Notes: generated from the letters alone by a model not told the origin. A stretch of 64,000 nt of DNA from Deltaproteobacteria bacterium (GCA_040218735.1 JAVJQW010000017.1:352001-416000), one strand, 5' to 3'. Counted from the stretch's first letter, positions 29,431 to 39,251 are shown. Program-made: numbers and translations.

Positions 29431-30458
29431 CAGTCTTCGATCAGCTGGAGCGAGAGGCGCTTCTGCGTCAGGTCGAGGTCGAGGACCTTCGCCTTCAGGT
29501 CGTCTCCGATGTCGGCCTTCTTGAGCTTCGACTTCGCGGTGTCCGTCGCGAGCGCGCCGGTCGCGTGCACGAGGCCTTCGACGCCCGGCTCGACCTGGAT
29601 GAAACAACCGTAGTCGGTCTTGCTGACGACCATCCCGTTGACGATCGTCCCGGCGGCGTAACGCTGCGGCGCGGTCGCCCACGGGTCGTCCTGCACCTGC
29701 TTGAGTCCGAGGGAGAGACGTTTGTTCTTCCTGTCGAACTTGAGCACCTTCACCAGGAGCTCCTGCCCGACCTCGACGACCTCCGACGGGTGCTTCACGG
29801 ACTTCCACGTCAGATCCGAGACGTGCAGCAGCCCCTCCGAGTTGCCGATGTCCACGAACACGCCGTACTCGGCGATGCTGCGAACGACGCCCTGCACGAT
29901 CGCGCCGACCTTCAGCGCGGAGAACACCTTCTCGCGCTCGCCCTCCAGCAGGGCGCGCCGCGACAGCACCACGTTCTGACGACGACGCTCGAAGCGGATG
30001 ACGCGGAACGAGAAGCGCTGTCCGAGCACCTCGTCCGCGTTCGCGATCGGCCGCAAGGCAACTTGCGAGCCGGGCAGGAACGCCTTCATCCCGACGTCGA
30101 CCGTATAGCCACCGTCGGTCTCGGCGACGACCTCACCTTCGAGCGTCTCCTTGGACTGGAACGCGGCGTCGATGCGGTCGAGCGTCGCGAGGCGGTCGGC
30201 CTTGTCCTTCGATACCGACCAGCGCTCCCGGTCGGGCGCGCGCTGCTCGACGTAGACGTCGAGGCGGTCGCCGACCACCAGGCCGTGCTCCTGCCCTGCG
30301 CGGGTGAAGTCACTCGCCGCGAGCTGGCCGACGCCTTCGTCGTCGCCGAGCTTCAGCACGAGCTGGTCATCGGAGACCTCCGTGACCTCGGCGTGCATCA
30401 CACGCCCGATCAGGTTCGCGGGCACGACCTCTTCGACGACTTCTGCGGTCTGGCTCAT
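29430..30458 (-). CDS. Short ribosomal protein S1-like protein (four S1 domains, ~342 aa)
   Basis: GGYTVDVGMKAFLPGSQV, NVVLSRRALLE, YGVFVDIG..EGLLHVSDL, LSLGLKQ...DPW and YGCFIQVEPGVEGLVH motifs. Confidence 0.88.
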   Translation of the reverse strand: MSQTAEVVEEVVPANLIGRVMHAEVTEVSDDQLVLKLGDDEGVGQLAASDFTRAGQEHGLVVGDRLDVYVEQRAPDRERWSVSKDKADRLATLDRIDAAFQSKETLEGEVVAETDGGYTVDVGMKAFLPGSQVALRPIANADEVLGQRFSFRVIRFERRRQNVVLSRRALLEGEREKVFSALKVGAIVQGVVRSIAEYGVFVDIGNSEGLLHVSDLTWKSVKHPSEVVEVGQELLVKVLKFDRKNKRLSLGLKQVQDDPWATAPQRYAAGTIVNGMVVSKTDYGCFIQVEPGVEGLVHATGALATDTAKSKLKKADIGDDLKAKVLDLDLTQKRLSLQLIED

Positions 30459-30533
30459 GGGGCGATAGGCATCGCCCCGATCCCGCGCGCGCGCAACCCT
30501 CAAAAAGGGGGGCCGATTTCCCTCGGCCGACAA

Positions 30534-30589
30534 CGGCCAGGACCGGCCGATCGGAAGCCCCCAAGCGTCCGATCGACCGGTCCCTGCCG
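30534..30589 (-). terminator. Long imperfect hairpin just downstream of the 30598-32694 gene
   Basis: cggccaggaccggccgatcgga pairs with tccgatcgaccggtccctgccg; no clear U-tract. Confidence 0.5.
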
Positions 30590-30597
30590 ACCGGGGC

Positions 30598-32694
30598 TCA
30601 GCGAGCCGCGGCTTCCATCAACATCTCGCCGGGGATGAAGAACTCGGCGTAGGCGGCCACGCCGCGCGGGAGGAGCGCGCGGTCGATGTCCACGGTCGGC
30701 GCGAATCCATTCAGGAGAACCGCGTCGACCACCTCGGCCTCGGTCGAGGCGCGCAGCCCGCGCACGCCGGGCACGTCGATGAGGAGCTCCTGCTGCATCA
30801 GCCCGCCGGACTTGAACTCCGAGTGCAGGACGCCGGAGATCGTCACGGTGTCGACCAGCCCACGGACCCAGGTCACGTGGATGTCCACGTCGCGGACGAT
30901 CGCCAGGTCGAACGGGTTACCGGCGTACTCGAAGATCTCGGCGGCGACGTCGATGTAGGGATCGATCAACCAGTCGCTCTTCCAACGGTCGTACGGATTC
31001 TCCCAGACCGGCGGCTTCGTCTCGATGCAGTGGATGATCTGCAGAATCTTGTAGAACCCACAGAGCTGGGCCTTGTCCGCGTCGGTGAGGAGCACCGGCT
31101 GCACCGCGTACGTGTTCGCGCCCGCGGTGGTCACGACCTTCGCGTGCAGCGGGTACGGCGCGCTGTTGTACGCGAGGATCTGCGCGTCGGTGACGCCCGG
31201 CTTCAGCTTGATCTCGATGTCGGCCGGGAGCTTCAGATCCGTCGGGATCGTGACGTCGAAGAGATTATCGATGTCGCCGGTGAGCCCGAGCTCGCAGATC
31301 TTCGCGTCGCCCTTCACGTACACCCCGCCCTCCGTGGAGCAGGTCGCGCTGTTGCAGTTGCCGCGCAGGCCGACCTTCGGATCGTGCACCAGCACCTGCG
31401 TGCTCGGCGCGGCGGGGCCGTAGACCGCGAGCGGCCCCGACATGAACAGGCCGCCGCCGTCACCGATCACAGAGGTGAGCGTCGCCACTGCCATGTGCCC
31501 GAAGCCGAAGTTCATCGTCTGCGGGTGCGTCTTCAGGTTGCAGTCGAGGGCGCCGTTCGACGTCGTGGAGCAGGCGCCGTTCTGACTCGCCAAGTCGATG
31601 TCGATGAACTGCCCGGCGATCAGCGTAACAAGGCCGGCGAACAAGTCACCCGTCTGCGCGCCGCACGCGAACAGGTCCCAGTCACTCGCGTCGTAGTTGA
31701 TCTGACCGCTGAGCTGCAGGCCGTTGCTGTCGTTGTTCTTGGCGATCGTCAACGGGACCTCGAGTTCGACGTCGATCTCACACGGCCCCGCGTGAACCAC
31801 GAGGTCCGAAGTCACCGTCGCACCGGCACCCGCCGTCCCGAGCGGGAGCCAGAACAGCTGCGCCGCGCTCGCGGAGAGCATGCTGCTGTCACTCGCGACG
31901 AAGTCATCGATGATCTGCTCGAACTTCTCCTCGAGGAGCTCCTTGTGGAGGAATCCACGCCAGTCGCCCGTACCCACCGCGGGGGCGAGCGAGCCGTCGA
32001 TGAAGCTCTGCCACGCGTTCACGCGCGCCTGGTCGAAGAACATGTGCGTTGGCTGGTAGAACGCGCTGGGGATCGCGACCTCGGTGCGGAGCGCGATGCG
32101 GTCCCCCGAGCTGCTCAGCGAGAACGCCGAACCCGACACCTGCACGTTCGACATGTCGAGCGAGTCGAGGATCGAGCTACCGCTCAGCCCCACGCACGCA
32201 TTGATGTTCGGCGCGGGGACGTTCGGCGGTGCGCCCTGGAACGAGTCGACCTCGACGCACAGCTCGTCGTTGGCGAGCGTGACGTGCCCCTCGAGCGTCA
32301 CCGGAACCGCGACCGTGGTGGAGCAGCCGGGGGTGTCCGCGCACTCCACGGTCTTGAGGTGGACCTGGAGCCCCTGCGTGAACAGGACCCGCTGCGAAGA
32401 CAGCGTGAGCTCGTTGTTGATGACCTGCGCGTCCATCGCCGACCCGCGACTGAAGTTACCGGGGGTCGGGACGTCGTAGTGATCGACGTAGCACGTGTTC
32501 GACGGGCTCCAACCGCACGGCACGGTGAACGGGCACTGACTCTGGTCCGAGTTGAGTCGCTTCTGCACGACGGTCGCGACGGAGCTCGAGCTGAATTGCA
32601 GCTCGAGGAAGTGACTGGTCGACGCCAACGCCGTCGCGGGGGCGAGCGCGCCGAGGGCCAGCAGGCCCGCGGTGAGGTGAGTTCGAAGTTTCAT
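30598..32694 (-). CDS. Secreted hypothetical protein (698 aa, Cys pairs, beta-rich)
   Basis: Signal peptide ending ALA; strong RBS gaggag; no family recognised. Confidence 0.8.
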   Translation of the reverse strand: MKLRTHLTAGLLALGALAPATALASTSHFLELQFSSSSVATVVQKRLNSDQSQCPFTVPCGWSPSNTCYVDHYDVPTPGNFSRGSAMDAQVINNELTLSSQRVLFTQGLQVHLKTVECADTPGCSTTVAVPVTLEGHVTLANDELCVEVDSFQGAPPNVPAPNINACVGLSGSSILDSLDMSNVQVSGSAFSLSSSGDRIALRTEVAIPSAFYQPTHMFFDQARVNAWQSFIDGSLAPAVGTGDWRGFLHKELLEEKFEQIIDDFVASDSSMLSASAAQLFWLPLGTAGAGATVTSDLVVHAGPCEIDVELEVPLTIAKNNDSNGLQLSGQINYDASDWDLFACGAQTGDLFAGLVTLIAGQFIDIDLASQNGACSTTSNGALDCNLKTHPQTMNFGFGHMAVATLTSVIGDGGGLFMSGPLAVYGPAAPSTQVLVHDPKVGLRGNCNSATCSTEGGVYVKGDAKICELGLTGDIDNLFDVTIPTDLKLPADIEIKLKPGVTDAQILAYNSAPYPLHAKVVTTAGANTYAVQPVLLTDADKAQLCGFYKILQIIHCIETKPPVWENPYDRWKSDWLIDPYIDVAAEIFEYAGNPFDLAIVRDVDIHVTWVRGLVDTVTISGVLHSEFKSGGLMQQELLIDVPGVRGLRASTEAEVVDAVLLNGFAPTVDIDRALLPRGVAAYAEFFIPGEMLMEAAAR

Positions 32695-32721
32695 GATTTG
32701 GTCTCCTCGTTTCGCCGATAC

Positions 32722-33156
32722 TCAGGGGAGCGTGACCTTGAAGGTCGCTGACTTGGACGAGCCGTTGTCACCCAGGTAGATGCCTTCGCGTTTGGTGCAC
32801 AGCCCGTCCGGATCACTCGAGTCACACGAGCTGTTGAAGTCGATGACGACGGCGCGGACGAGGTGCTCGCCGTCGCCGATGTCCGCCGTGATGGCGTTCG
32901 CCATCGCGTTGGATTCGTCGCACTTGCCGTTGCTGAGCTGGAACGTGCCGATCGACCCGTGCTCGCTCCAGGGCCCACCGCCGTTCGTCGCTTTGCGCGA
33001 GAAGACGTTGATGGCCTTGTCGGAACAGTTGACGACTTCGACGGTGTCGTAGCCCGTCGGCGTCGAGCCACCGCCGCCCCCGCCCGAGGACGTCGAAATG
33101 TTGCAGGCGAAACCCATCATCGCAGTCACGAGGACCGCGGCTTGGTACAGACGCAT
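32722..33156 (-). CDS. Small Cys-containing lipoprotein
   Basis: Lipobox MGFAC, Gly-rich linker, RBS gggagg. Confidence 0.8.
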   Translation of the reverse strand: MRLYQAAVLVTAMMGFACNISTSSGGGGGGSTPTGYDTVEVVNCSDKAINVFSRKATNGGGPWSEHGSIGTFQLSNGKCDESNAMANAITADIGDGEHLVRAVVIDFNSSCDSSDPDGLCTKREGIYLGDNGSSKSATFKVTLP

Positions 33157-33180
33157 GTCTGCCTCCCTTTCGGATGTTGC

Positions 33181-33205
33181 CGACCGGCGCGACGTGCGCC
33201 GGTCG
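33181..33205. promoter_or_regulatory. Perfect 10-bp inverted repeat (hairpin or operator) between the nuclease gene and the lipoprotein gene
   Basis: cgaccggcgc-gacgt-gcgccggtcg. Confidence 0.4.
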
Positions 33206-33263
33206 TGGTTCGCCGTAGGACTAACGAGAAAGGGCGCGGACTTTTTTTACAACGTTCGCAACG

Positions 33264-34940
33264 TCAAACCGTCCGCAGTACGCGCTCCAGCGCGACACCC
33301 TCGAGCTCGGGCGCCGCACCGAAACGAATCCGCACCGTGCCGCCGTCTCGAACGACTCGCTTCAGCTCCGTGGTGAGCACGCGCAGCCGATCGTAGCGGA
33401 CCACGTCGAAGTCGCGCTGACGCACCGCCCGCGGGCGCGCGCTGAACGGCGGCTCCGGCAGGGGCCCCTCCCACGCCCCCCCAAGCGTGACCTCGGCCTT
33501 CGCGACCGAGAGTGCGTACGTCGATCCGCCGGGCTCGCAGTACGCGATCTCACAGTCCGACAGATGGCAGAGCCACCGCGCGCGAGAGACGAGCTGAGGC
33601 GCACGGGCGAGGGCCTCCTCGAAGTGCTCGACGACCCGGTCCACGTCCCAGACCAGCTCCTCCTCGTCGCGGCGCACGCGCGGCGTCACTTCGAGCTTCC
33701 GCGCGATCACCCGCGCCGCGCGCTCCAGCCGCGTCAGCGAGGTCCGCTCCGACAACCCGTATTGCGCACGAAACAAACCCCACGCCTCCCAGAAACACGC
33801 CGCGTCCGGCGCGCTCACCGGCATGATCCCGAGCGCACGCGACATCACCCACGCGGGCACGTTCGGCGTCGGCGTCGCGCGCAACAGCCTGAAGATCGTC
33901 TCCACCCCCGACAACGCCCACCGCGAAGGCAACGGACCGATCGGGTGCGCATCGTCCGGCACCTCCACGAACGACGCGAGGTCGCGCGAAGAAAACCCGA
34001 TCGCCCGGCCCTCCTCCACCAACGCGACGTTGTACGGCGGCGCGTGGGTCTTGATCGCGTCCGACTCCAGCAACGCCGCCTCCAACGCGGTGCGCGTCTC
34101 GACGAACGCGAGGTCCCGCGCCTGCGTCAGCATCTCCAACGTGCGCTCGGAGAGCTTCGATTTCTTCGAGAAGTGGCTGTTCACCCGCTTCTTCAGCGAC
34201 GTCGCCTTCCCGACGTAGAGCAGGTCACCGTTGCTGCGGAGGAAGCGATAGACGCCGGGCGCATCCGGCAACGCCAACCGCTTCTCGCGTGGCATCGGAT
34301 AACGGCGCCCCGGCCGCTTCGCGCGCGACTCGGCGAGCCACGTCGCGAGCTCCTCCCATGTGCACACGTCGTGCTCGCGCTCGAGGAGCTCGACGAGGTG
34401 CCGCCAGACAAAACACGTCGCCTCCACATGGTCGCGGCTCCGCCGCAGCTGCGCCGACGAGAACCCGAAGTACCCGGCGAGCGCCCGCAGGCTGCGCCGC
34501 GGGAGATCCGGGAGGAGCCGCTGCGCGATCGCGTGCGTGCAGACGATGTCGTAGCGAAACCAAGGCGCTTGGTCGTGACGGGAGTAGAGGTCCTCGAGGA
34601 ACTTCTCTTCGAACTGCTTGAAGTGAATGACCGTCGGCGTGAAGTCGAACGGGCTCTCGTGCCGCACCGCCGTCGCCGCACGATCCAACGCGCGCCACGC
34701 GGCCTCGACCGACACCCCCGCCTCCACGTCGCGCCGCCCGATCCCCGTGATGCGCGAGACCATCCGCGGCAACGACGCCCCCTCGGGGAGCGCGACGATG
34801 TGCCCCGCGACGTCGTAGTCCTCGACGTCACACGCGAACCGCGCCCACCCGAGCTCGATCAGGTGCCCGTGCTGCGGCGTGCTCCCGGTGCTCTGGCAGT
34901 CGACCACCAGCACCTGCGACGCCGTCAGCCGACTCGACAT
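33264..34940 (-). CDS. DEDD (epsilon-like) exonuclease-domain + GIY-YIG (UvrC/Cho-like) protein
   Basis: LPDAPGVYRF...LLYVGKATSLKKRVNSHF...ALEAALLESDAIK...PPYN; N-terminal DnaQ-like domain with altered motifs. Confidence 0.88.
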   Translation of the reverse strand: MSSRLTASQVLVVDCQSTGSTPQHGHLIELGWARFACDVEDYDVAGHIVALPEGASLPRMVSRITGIGRRDVEAGVSVEAAWRALDRAATAVRHESPFDFTPTVIHFKQFEEKFLEDLYSRHDQAPWFRYDIVCTHAIAQRLLPDLPRRSLRALAGYFGFSSAQLRRSRDHVEATCFVWRHLVELLEREHDVCTWEELATWLAESRAKRPGRRYPMPREKRLALPDAPGVYRFLRSNGDLLYVGKATSLKKRVNSHFSKKSKLSERTLEMLTQARDLAFVETRTALEAALLESDAIKTHAPPYNVALVEEGRAIGFSSRDLASFVEVPDDAHPIGPLPSRWALSGVETIFRLLRATPTPNVPAWVMSRALGIMPVSAPDAACFWEAWGLFRAQYGLSERTSLTRLERAARVIARKLEVTPRVRRDEEELVWDVDRVVEHFEEALARAPQLVSRARWLCHLSDCEIAYCEPGGSTYALSVAKAEVTLGGAWEGPLPEPPFSARPRAVRQRDFDVVRYDRLRVLTTELKRVVRDGGTVRIRFGAAPELEGVALERVLRTV

Positions 34941-34977
34941 GCGCTACAGGAAAACGAACTCGATCCGCGAGGGCAAG

Positions 34978-35748
34978 TCACACCCAGTACAGGCGCTCCG
35001 GGACCCCTAGACGCGCGAGCGGCACGCGAAGATCGTCCGGCATCGGCGCCACGATCTCCAACGCAGCGCCGGTCCGCGGGTGCACGAACCGAAGCGACCG
35101 CGCGTGCAGCGCGAGCCGATGCAGCCCGTAGTGCTCGCGAAAGAACCGGTTGTGATCGCCTTTGCCGTAGCGCACGTCGCCGATCAGCGGGTGGCCAAGG
35201 TGTTTCATGTGCCGCCGCACCTGATGCCGTCGCCCGGAGTGCGGCCGCACACGAACGAACGCGTACCGGCCGTGCACCCACAGGCGCTCCCAGCTGCTCG
35301 ACGCCGGCACCCGCGGACCGTCCTCACTCCGAGGGATCGCGTGATCGATCGTCCCGTTCGGCGGCGGCGCACCGCGCACCAGCGCGAGGTACGTCTTCTC
35401 GGCCCGCCCCTCCGCGAGCGCTCCATTCAGTAGACCGGCTGTCTCGCCGTCGAAGCCGAACAGGAGCACTCCGCTCGTCGCCCGGTCGAGGCGGTGCGCC
35501 GGATACACCCACCGGCCCAGCCGATCCCGGACCTCCGGGAGCAGCGCGGGCCCCGAGTCCGGGACCCTCCGAGGCGGCCAACGGCCACGCCGTTGGCCGT
35601 CCGAAGGAACGTGCCCTCGGCCCGAGCGAAGCGAGGTCCGAAAATGGGGTGAGCCCGGGTGGACGGAACAACCGCTCGGCTTGCCGACCGCCACGAGGTG
35701 GTCGTCGGCGTACAACACGTCGAATGGCGGGCACTTGGGGGCGGTCAC
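34978..35748 (-). CDS. RluA/TruC-family pseudouridine synthase with an in-frame ~30-aa insertion
   Basis: KPSG..VH, HRLDRATSGVLL, KTYLALVRG, GRRHQVRRH, GHPLIGDVRYG and LALHA motifs. Confidence 0.92.
   Translation of the reverse strand: MTAPKCPPFDVLYADDHLVAVGKPSGCSVHPGSPHFRTSLRSGRGHVPSDGQRRGRWPPRRVPDSGPALLPEVRDRLGRWVYPAHRLDRATSGVLLFGFDGETAGLLNGALAEGRAEKTYLALVRGAPPPNGTIDHAIPRSEDGPRVPASSSWERLWVHGRYAFVRVRPHSGRRHQVRRHMKHLGHPLIGDVRYGKGDHNRFFREHYGLHRLALHARSLRFVHPRTGAALEIVAPMPDDLRVPLARLGVPERLYWV
35559..35659. repeat. Palindromic in-frame insertion element (RPE/MITE-like)
   Basis: Bounded by ccggg at 35559 and 35655 (96 bp apart); internal hairpin cggccaacggc-cac-gccgttggccg; gagcgaagcgag motif. Confidence 0.6.
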
Positions 35749-35810
35749 GGTTTTTTTCGAACGCCTGTTACGGAAAGGATCCGAGTCGCCGAACCGCTCG
35801 GTCGGCTAGG

Positions 35811-36818
35811 ATGAACCCGTTGAAAGCGCTGTCCTTCGCCGACCTCGTCGAATCGCCCACCGCGTTCCGCAGGAAAGCCGGCTCCGTCATGGTGGAGGCC
35901 TTCTTTCGCGGGCTGTCGGGCGCGGGGCGGCTGCACCCACGTTCGCGTCCCGAAGCGCACGGCCTCGAGCTGCTCACCGACATCCCGTACCTGCCCACCG
36001 GCGAGAAACATCACCTCCTCGACGTGTACCGCCCGAAGCAGCGCTCGGGGAAGCTCCCCGTTTGCCTCTACGTCCACGGCGGCGGGTTCCGCATCCTCTC
36101 GAAGGAGACCCACTGGCTGATGGGCCTGATGTTCGCGCGCCGCGACATGGTGGTCTTCAGTATCAACTACCGCCTCGCGCCGAAGCATCCGTTCCCGGCG
36201 GCGCACGAGGACGCCTTCGCCGCGTTGCGGTGGGTGCTCGACAACGCCGAACAGTACGGCGGTGACACGAGTCGGCTCGTGCTCGCGGGTGAGTCGGCGG
36301 GTGGGAACATCGTGTCGTCGATGGCGATCGCGCTCAGCGCGGAGCGGCCCGAGCCGTGGGCGCAGTCGCTCTACGCGACGGGTGCGCGTCCGCTCGCGGT
36401 GCTGCCCGCGTGTGGGATCTTCGAAGTTTCGAATCCGGAGCGGTTCGCGGATCTGCGGATGCCGAAGCTGGTGCGGGATCGTCTGACCGAGGTTTCGCGC
36501 GGTTACCTGCCCGACGACATCCCCGCGGAGCGTCGCACCCTCGCGGACCCGCTGACCTGGTACGAGAGCGACGCCGCCACGACCCGCGACCTGCCTCCGT
36601 TCTTCCTCCCGGTGGGGACCGGCGACTTCCTCTACAAGGACACCGAGCGCATGACCAAGGCGCTCGAAAGGCGAGGTATTCCGGTAGAGGCCAAGTACTA
36701 CGACAAGGAGATTCACGCCTTCCACGCCCTGTACTGGCGGAAGGCGGCCAAGGCCTGTTGGCGTGACCACTACGCGTTCTTGGATCGCTACGTCCCGCGT
36801 GATAGCTCGGCAGCGTGA
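35811..36818 (+). CDS. Alpha/beta hydrolase (HSL-family esterase)
   Basis: HGGGF, INYRLAP..PFPA, GESAGG and HAFH motifs; ATG at 35811. Confidence 0.93.
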   Translation: MNPLKALSFADLVESPTAFRRKAGSVMVEAFFRGLSGAGRLHPRSRPEAHGLELLTDIPYLPTGEKHHLLDVYRPKQRSGKLPVCLYVHGGGFRILSKETHWLMGLMFARRDMVVFSINYRLAPKHPFPAAHEDAFAALRWVLDNAEQYGGDTSRLVLAGESAGGNIVSSMAIALSAERPEPWAQSLYATGARPLAVLPACGIFEVSNPERFADLRMPKLVRDRLTEVSRGYLPDDIPAERRTLADPLTWYESDAATTRDLPPFFLPVGTGDFLYKDTERMTKALERRGIPVEAKYYDKEIHAFHALYWRKAAKACWRDHYAFLDRYVPRDSSAA

Positions 36819-37636
36819 CGGGACTTCAGGGCAAAACCATGTTCATAACCGGCGCGAGCCGGGGCATCGGACTCGCGATCGCGCTGCGCGCGGCGCGGGA
36901 CGGCGCCAACGTCGCGGTCGCCGCCAAGACGGTCGAACCGCACCCCAAACTTCCGGGGACGATCTTCACGGCGGCCGAAGCGATCGAGAAGGCGGGCGGA
37001 AAAGCGCTCCCGATCGTCGTCGACGTCCGTAACGAGGAGATGGTGGAGGAGGCCGTCGCGAAGACGGTCGAGACGTTCGGCGGGCTCGACATCCTGGTGA
37101 ACAACGCCAGCGCGATCATGTTGACCGGCACCGAGTACACGCCGATGAAGCGCTACGACCTGATGAACCAGGTCAACGCGCGCGGCACGTTCCTGTGCTC
37201 GCAGAAGTGCATCCCGCACCTGAAGAAGGCCGACAACCCGCACATCATCAACAACGCGCCGCCGCTCAACATGAAGGCGAAGTGGTTCAAGAACCACGTG
37301 GCCTACACGATGGCGAAGTACGGCATGAGCATGTGCACGCTCGGGATGGCGGCGGAGCTCGAGGACGACGGCATCGCGGTGAACTCGCTGTGGCCGGCGA
37401 CGGCGATCGCGACGTCCGCGGTCGAGATGCTCGGCGGCGATGCGATGATGAAGACGAGCCGCAAGCCGGAGATCATGGCGGACGCTGCGTACGCCATCCT
37501 CACCAAGAACAGCCGGGAGTGCACCGGCAACTTCTTCATCGACGAGGAGCTGTTGAAGAGCGAGGGCGTGACGGACCTCGACGCGTACGCGTACGCGCCC
37601 GGCACACCGCTGGCGCCCGACTTCTTCCTCGACTGA
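36815..37636 (+). CDS. Short-chain dehydrogenase (HSDL2-like)
   Basis: TGASRGIG, PHPKLPGTI, NNASAI, YTMAKYGMS and GNFFIDE motifs. Confidence 0.95.
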   Translation: MTGLQGKTMFITGASRGIGLAIALRAARDGANVAVAAKTVEPHPKLPGTIFTAAEAIEKAGGKALPIVVDVRNEEMVEEAVAKTVETFGGLDILVNNASAIMLTGTEYTPMKRYDLMNQVNARGTFLCSQKCIPHLKKADNPHIINNAPPLNMKAKWFKNHVAYTMAKYGMSMCTLGMAAELEDDGIAVNSLWPATAIATSAVEMLGGDAMMKTSRKPEIMADAAYAILTKNSRECTGNFFIDEELLKSEGVTDLDAYAYAPGTPLAPDFFLD

Positions 37637-37646
37637 GGTACGAACC

Positions 37647-39251
37647 ATGCGCGTCGCCGTTTTCACGTTCCTCGCCTCGGTCCTGGCGTGCACGGCGGCG
37701 TGCCGTGACAACGAGCGGGTGCCGATCAACCGCCGCGACGCCGGCCCGGTCACACCCGACCGCGACGGCGGCGACGTCCAGACGCCCCGGGACGGCGGCC
37801 GCGACGGCGGTCAACGCCCCGCGTCCGCGCAGATCCAGATGGTGCTCGACGCGCCGACCGGCACGCTCGCGTCGCCGCAGCTCGTGGAAGGGGCAATCGT
37901 CACGGACGTCCGCCCGGCGCTCGGCGACGACCCGGAGGGCTTCTTCTGCCAAGCCGACGTCGCGGGGCCTGCGCTGTTCGTTTCGATCGCGAACCTCGTG
38001 CCCGCGGTCGGCGACATCATCACGTTCGAGGTGACTGAGACCGCGATGATCGGCGAGCAGCACGCGGTGACGGCGATCGGGACGTACCGCGTCGACAGCA
38101 GCGGCTACAACGTGACGCTCCTCCTCCAGGACATCAGCGGCGCGACCGACGTCGCCGACAACCCGAGCGCGTACGACGGCGAGCTGGTCTCGTTCTTCGG
38201 CACCGCGGGGCCGATGTTCACTCCACTGAATGGATCGCAGCAGCGCATCAGCGTCGGCACCACGGGTGTCCCGAACGACGCGCGCTTCTCGCTTCGCGTC
38301 GCAGACGCGGTCATCGACGCGGAGGGCCTCGCGCCCGGGTGCAGCGTGACGATCGGACCGGCGCCGTTGCTCGCGCGCTCCGGCGGTCCGGAGATCTTCC
38401 TGTGGTCGGGCGCGGACATCGTGGTGACGGACTGCGACGGACCGTTCCGGGTCGGCGCGGCGCGTTCGTCCGGGCCGGCGTCGGTGGTGATCGACTTCAA
38501 TCGCCCCGTGCTCGCGTCGAGTGTGATGGCGTCGGCGTTTACGTTCTCGCCGGCTCTCAATGTCACGGCGGCGGCCGCGAGCGAGCGCCGCGTCACGCTC
38601 ACCACGGACGCGCTCACCAACGACACGACCTACACGGTGACCGTCGACGGCACCGTGATGGACATCGACAACCAGTCGCTCGAAGCCGGGAGCAACATGG
38701 CCACGTTCACGACGGGCGGCGCGCCGGGGGGTGGCCTGGTGATCAACGAGGTCGACTACGACCAGCCGGGCAGCGACACGACGGAGTTCGTGGAGCTGTA
38801 CAACGGCACGGCCTCGGCGGTGTCCCTCGCGAACCTCGCGTTGGTCTTCGTGAACGGCAACACCGACGCCGAGTACCTGCGCGTGGATCTCTCGCAGGCA
38901 GGCTCCCTCGAAGCCGGCGGTTACCTCGTCCTCGGCAACGCGACGATCGCCTCGGCGAGCTTCGTGCTCGAAGACTCCACCGTACAGAACGGCGCCCCCG
39001 ACGGCATCGCGCTGGTGAACACCCAGACGCAGGAGATCATCGACGCCGTCAGCTACGAGGGCCGCATCGAGAGCGCCGCCCTCGACGGCTTCGGCCGCTC
39101 GGTCGACCTGACCAGCGGCACCACGCTCAGCGCCCGCGACAACGGCGACGGCAGCATCGCGCGCCTCCCGAACGGCGCCGACTCGGGCGACGACGACGTG
39201 GACTGGGGCGAGACGGCGACGCCCACCCCCGGCGGCCCGAACGTGCCGTAG
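37647..39251 (+). CDS. Lipoprotein with OB-like, Big_5 and lamin-tail domains
   Basis: Lipobox; LVINEVDYDQPGSDTTEFVELYN, QNGAPDGIAL and TPTPGGPN motifs. Confidence 0.85.
   Translation: MRVAVFTFLASVLACTAACRDNERVPINRRDAGPVTPDRDGGDVQTPRDGGRDGGQRPASAQIQMVLDAPTGTLASPQLVEGAIVTDVRPALGDDPEGFFCQADVAGPALFVSIANLVPAVGDIITFEVTETAMIGEQHAVTAIGTYRVDSSGYNVTLLLQDISGATDVADNPSAYDGELVSFFGTAGPMFTPLNGSQQRISVGTTGVPNDARFSLRVADAVIDAEGLAPGCSVTIGPAPLLARSGGPEIFLWSGADIVVTDCDGPFRVGAARSSGPASVVIDFNRPVLASSVMASAFTFSPALNVTAAAASERRVTLTTDALTNDTTYTVTVDGTVMDIDNQSLEAGSNMATFTTGGAPGGGLVINEVDYDQPGSDTTEFVELYNGTASAVSLANLALVFVNGNTDAEYLRVDLSQAGSLEAGGYLVLGNATIASASFVLEDSTVQNGAPDGIALVNTQTQEIIDAVSYEGRIESAALDGFGRSVDLTSGTTLSARDNGDGSIARLPNGADSGDDDVDWGETATPTPGGPNVP

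Noticed and set aside
33564-35810. 750-aa N-terminal extension of the esterase ORF (33564-36818)
   Set aside because: Arg/Pro-rich antisense shadow of two real minus-strand genes; the esterase starts at 35811
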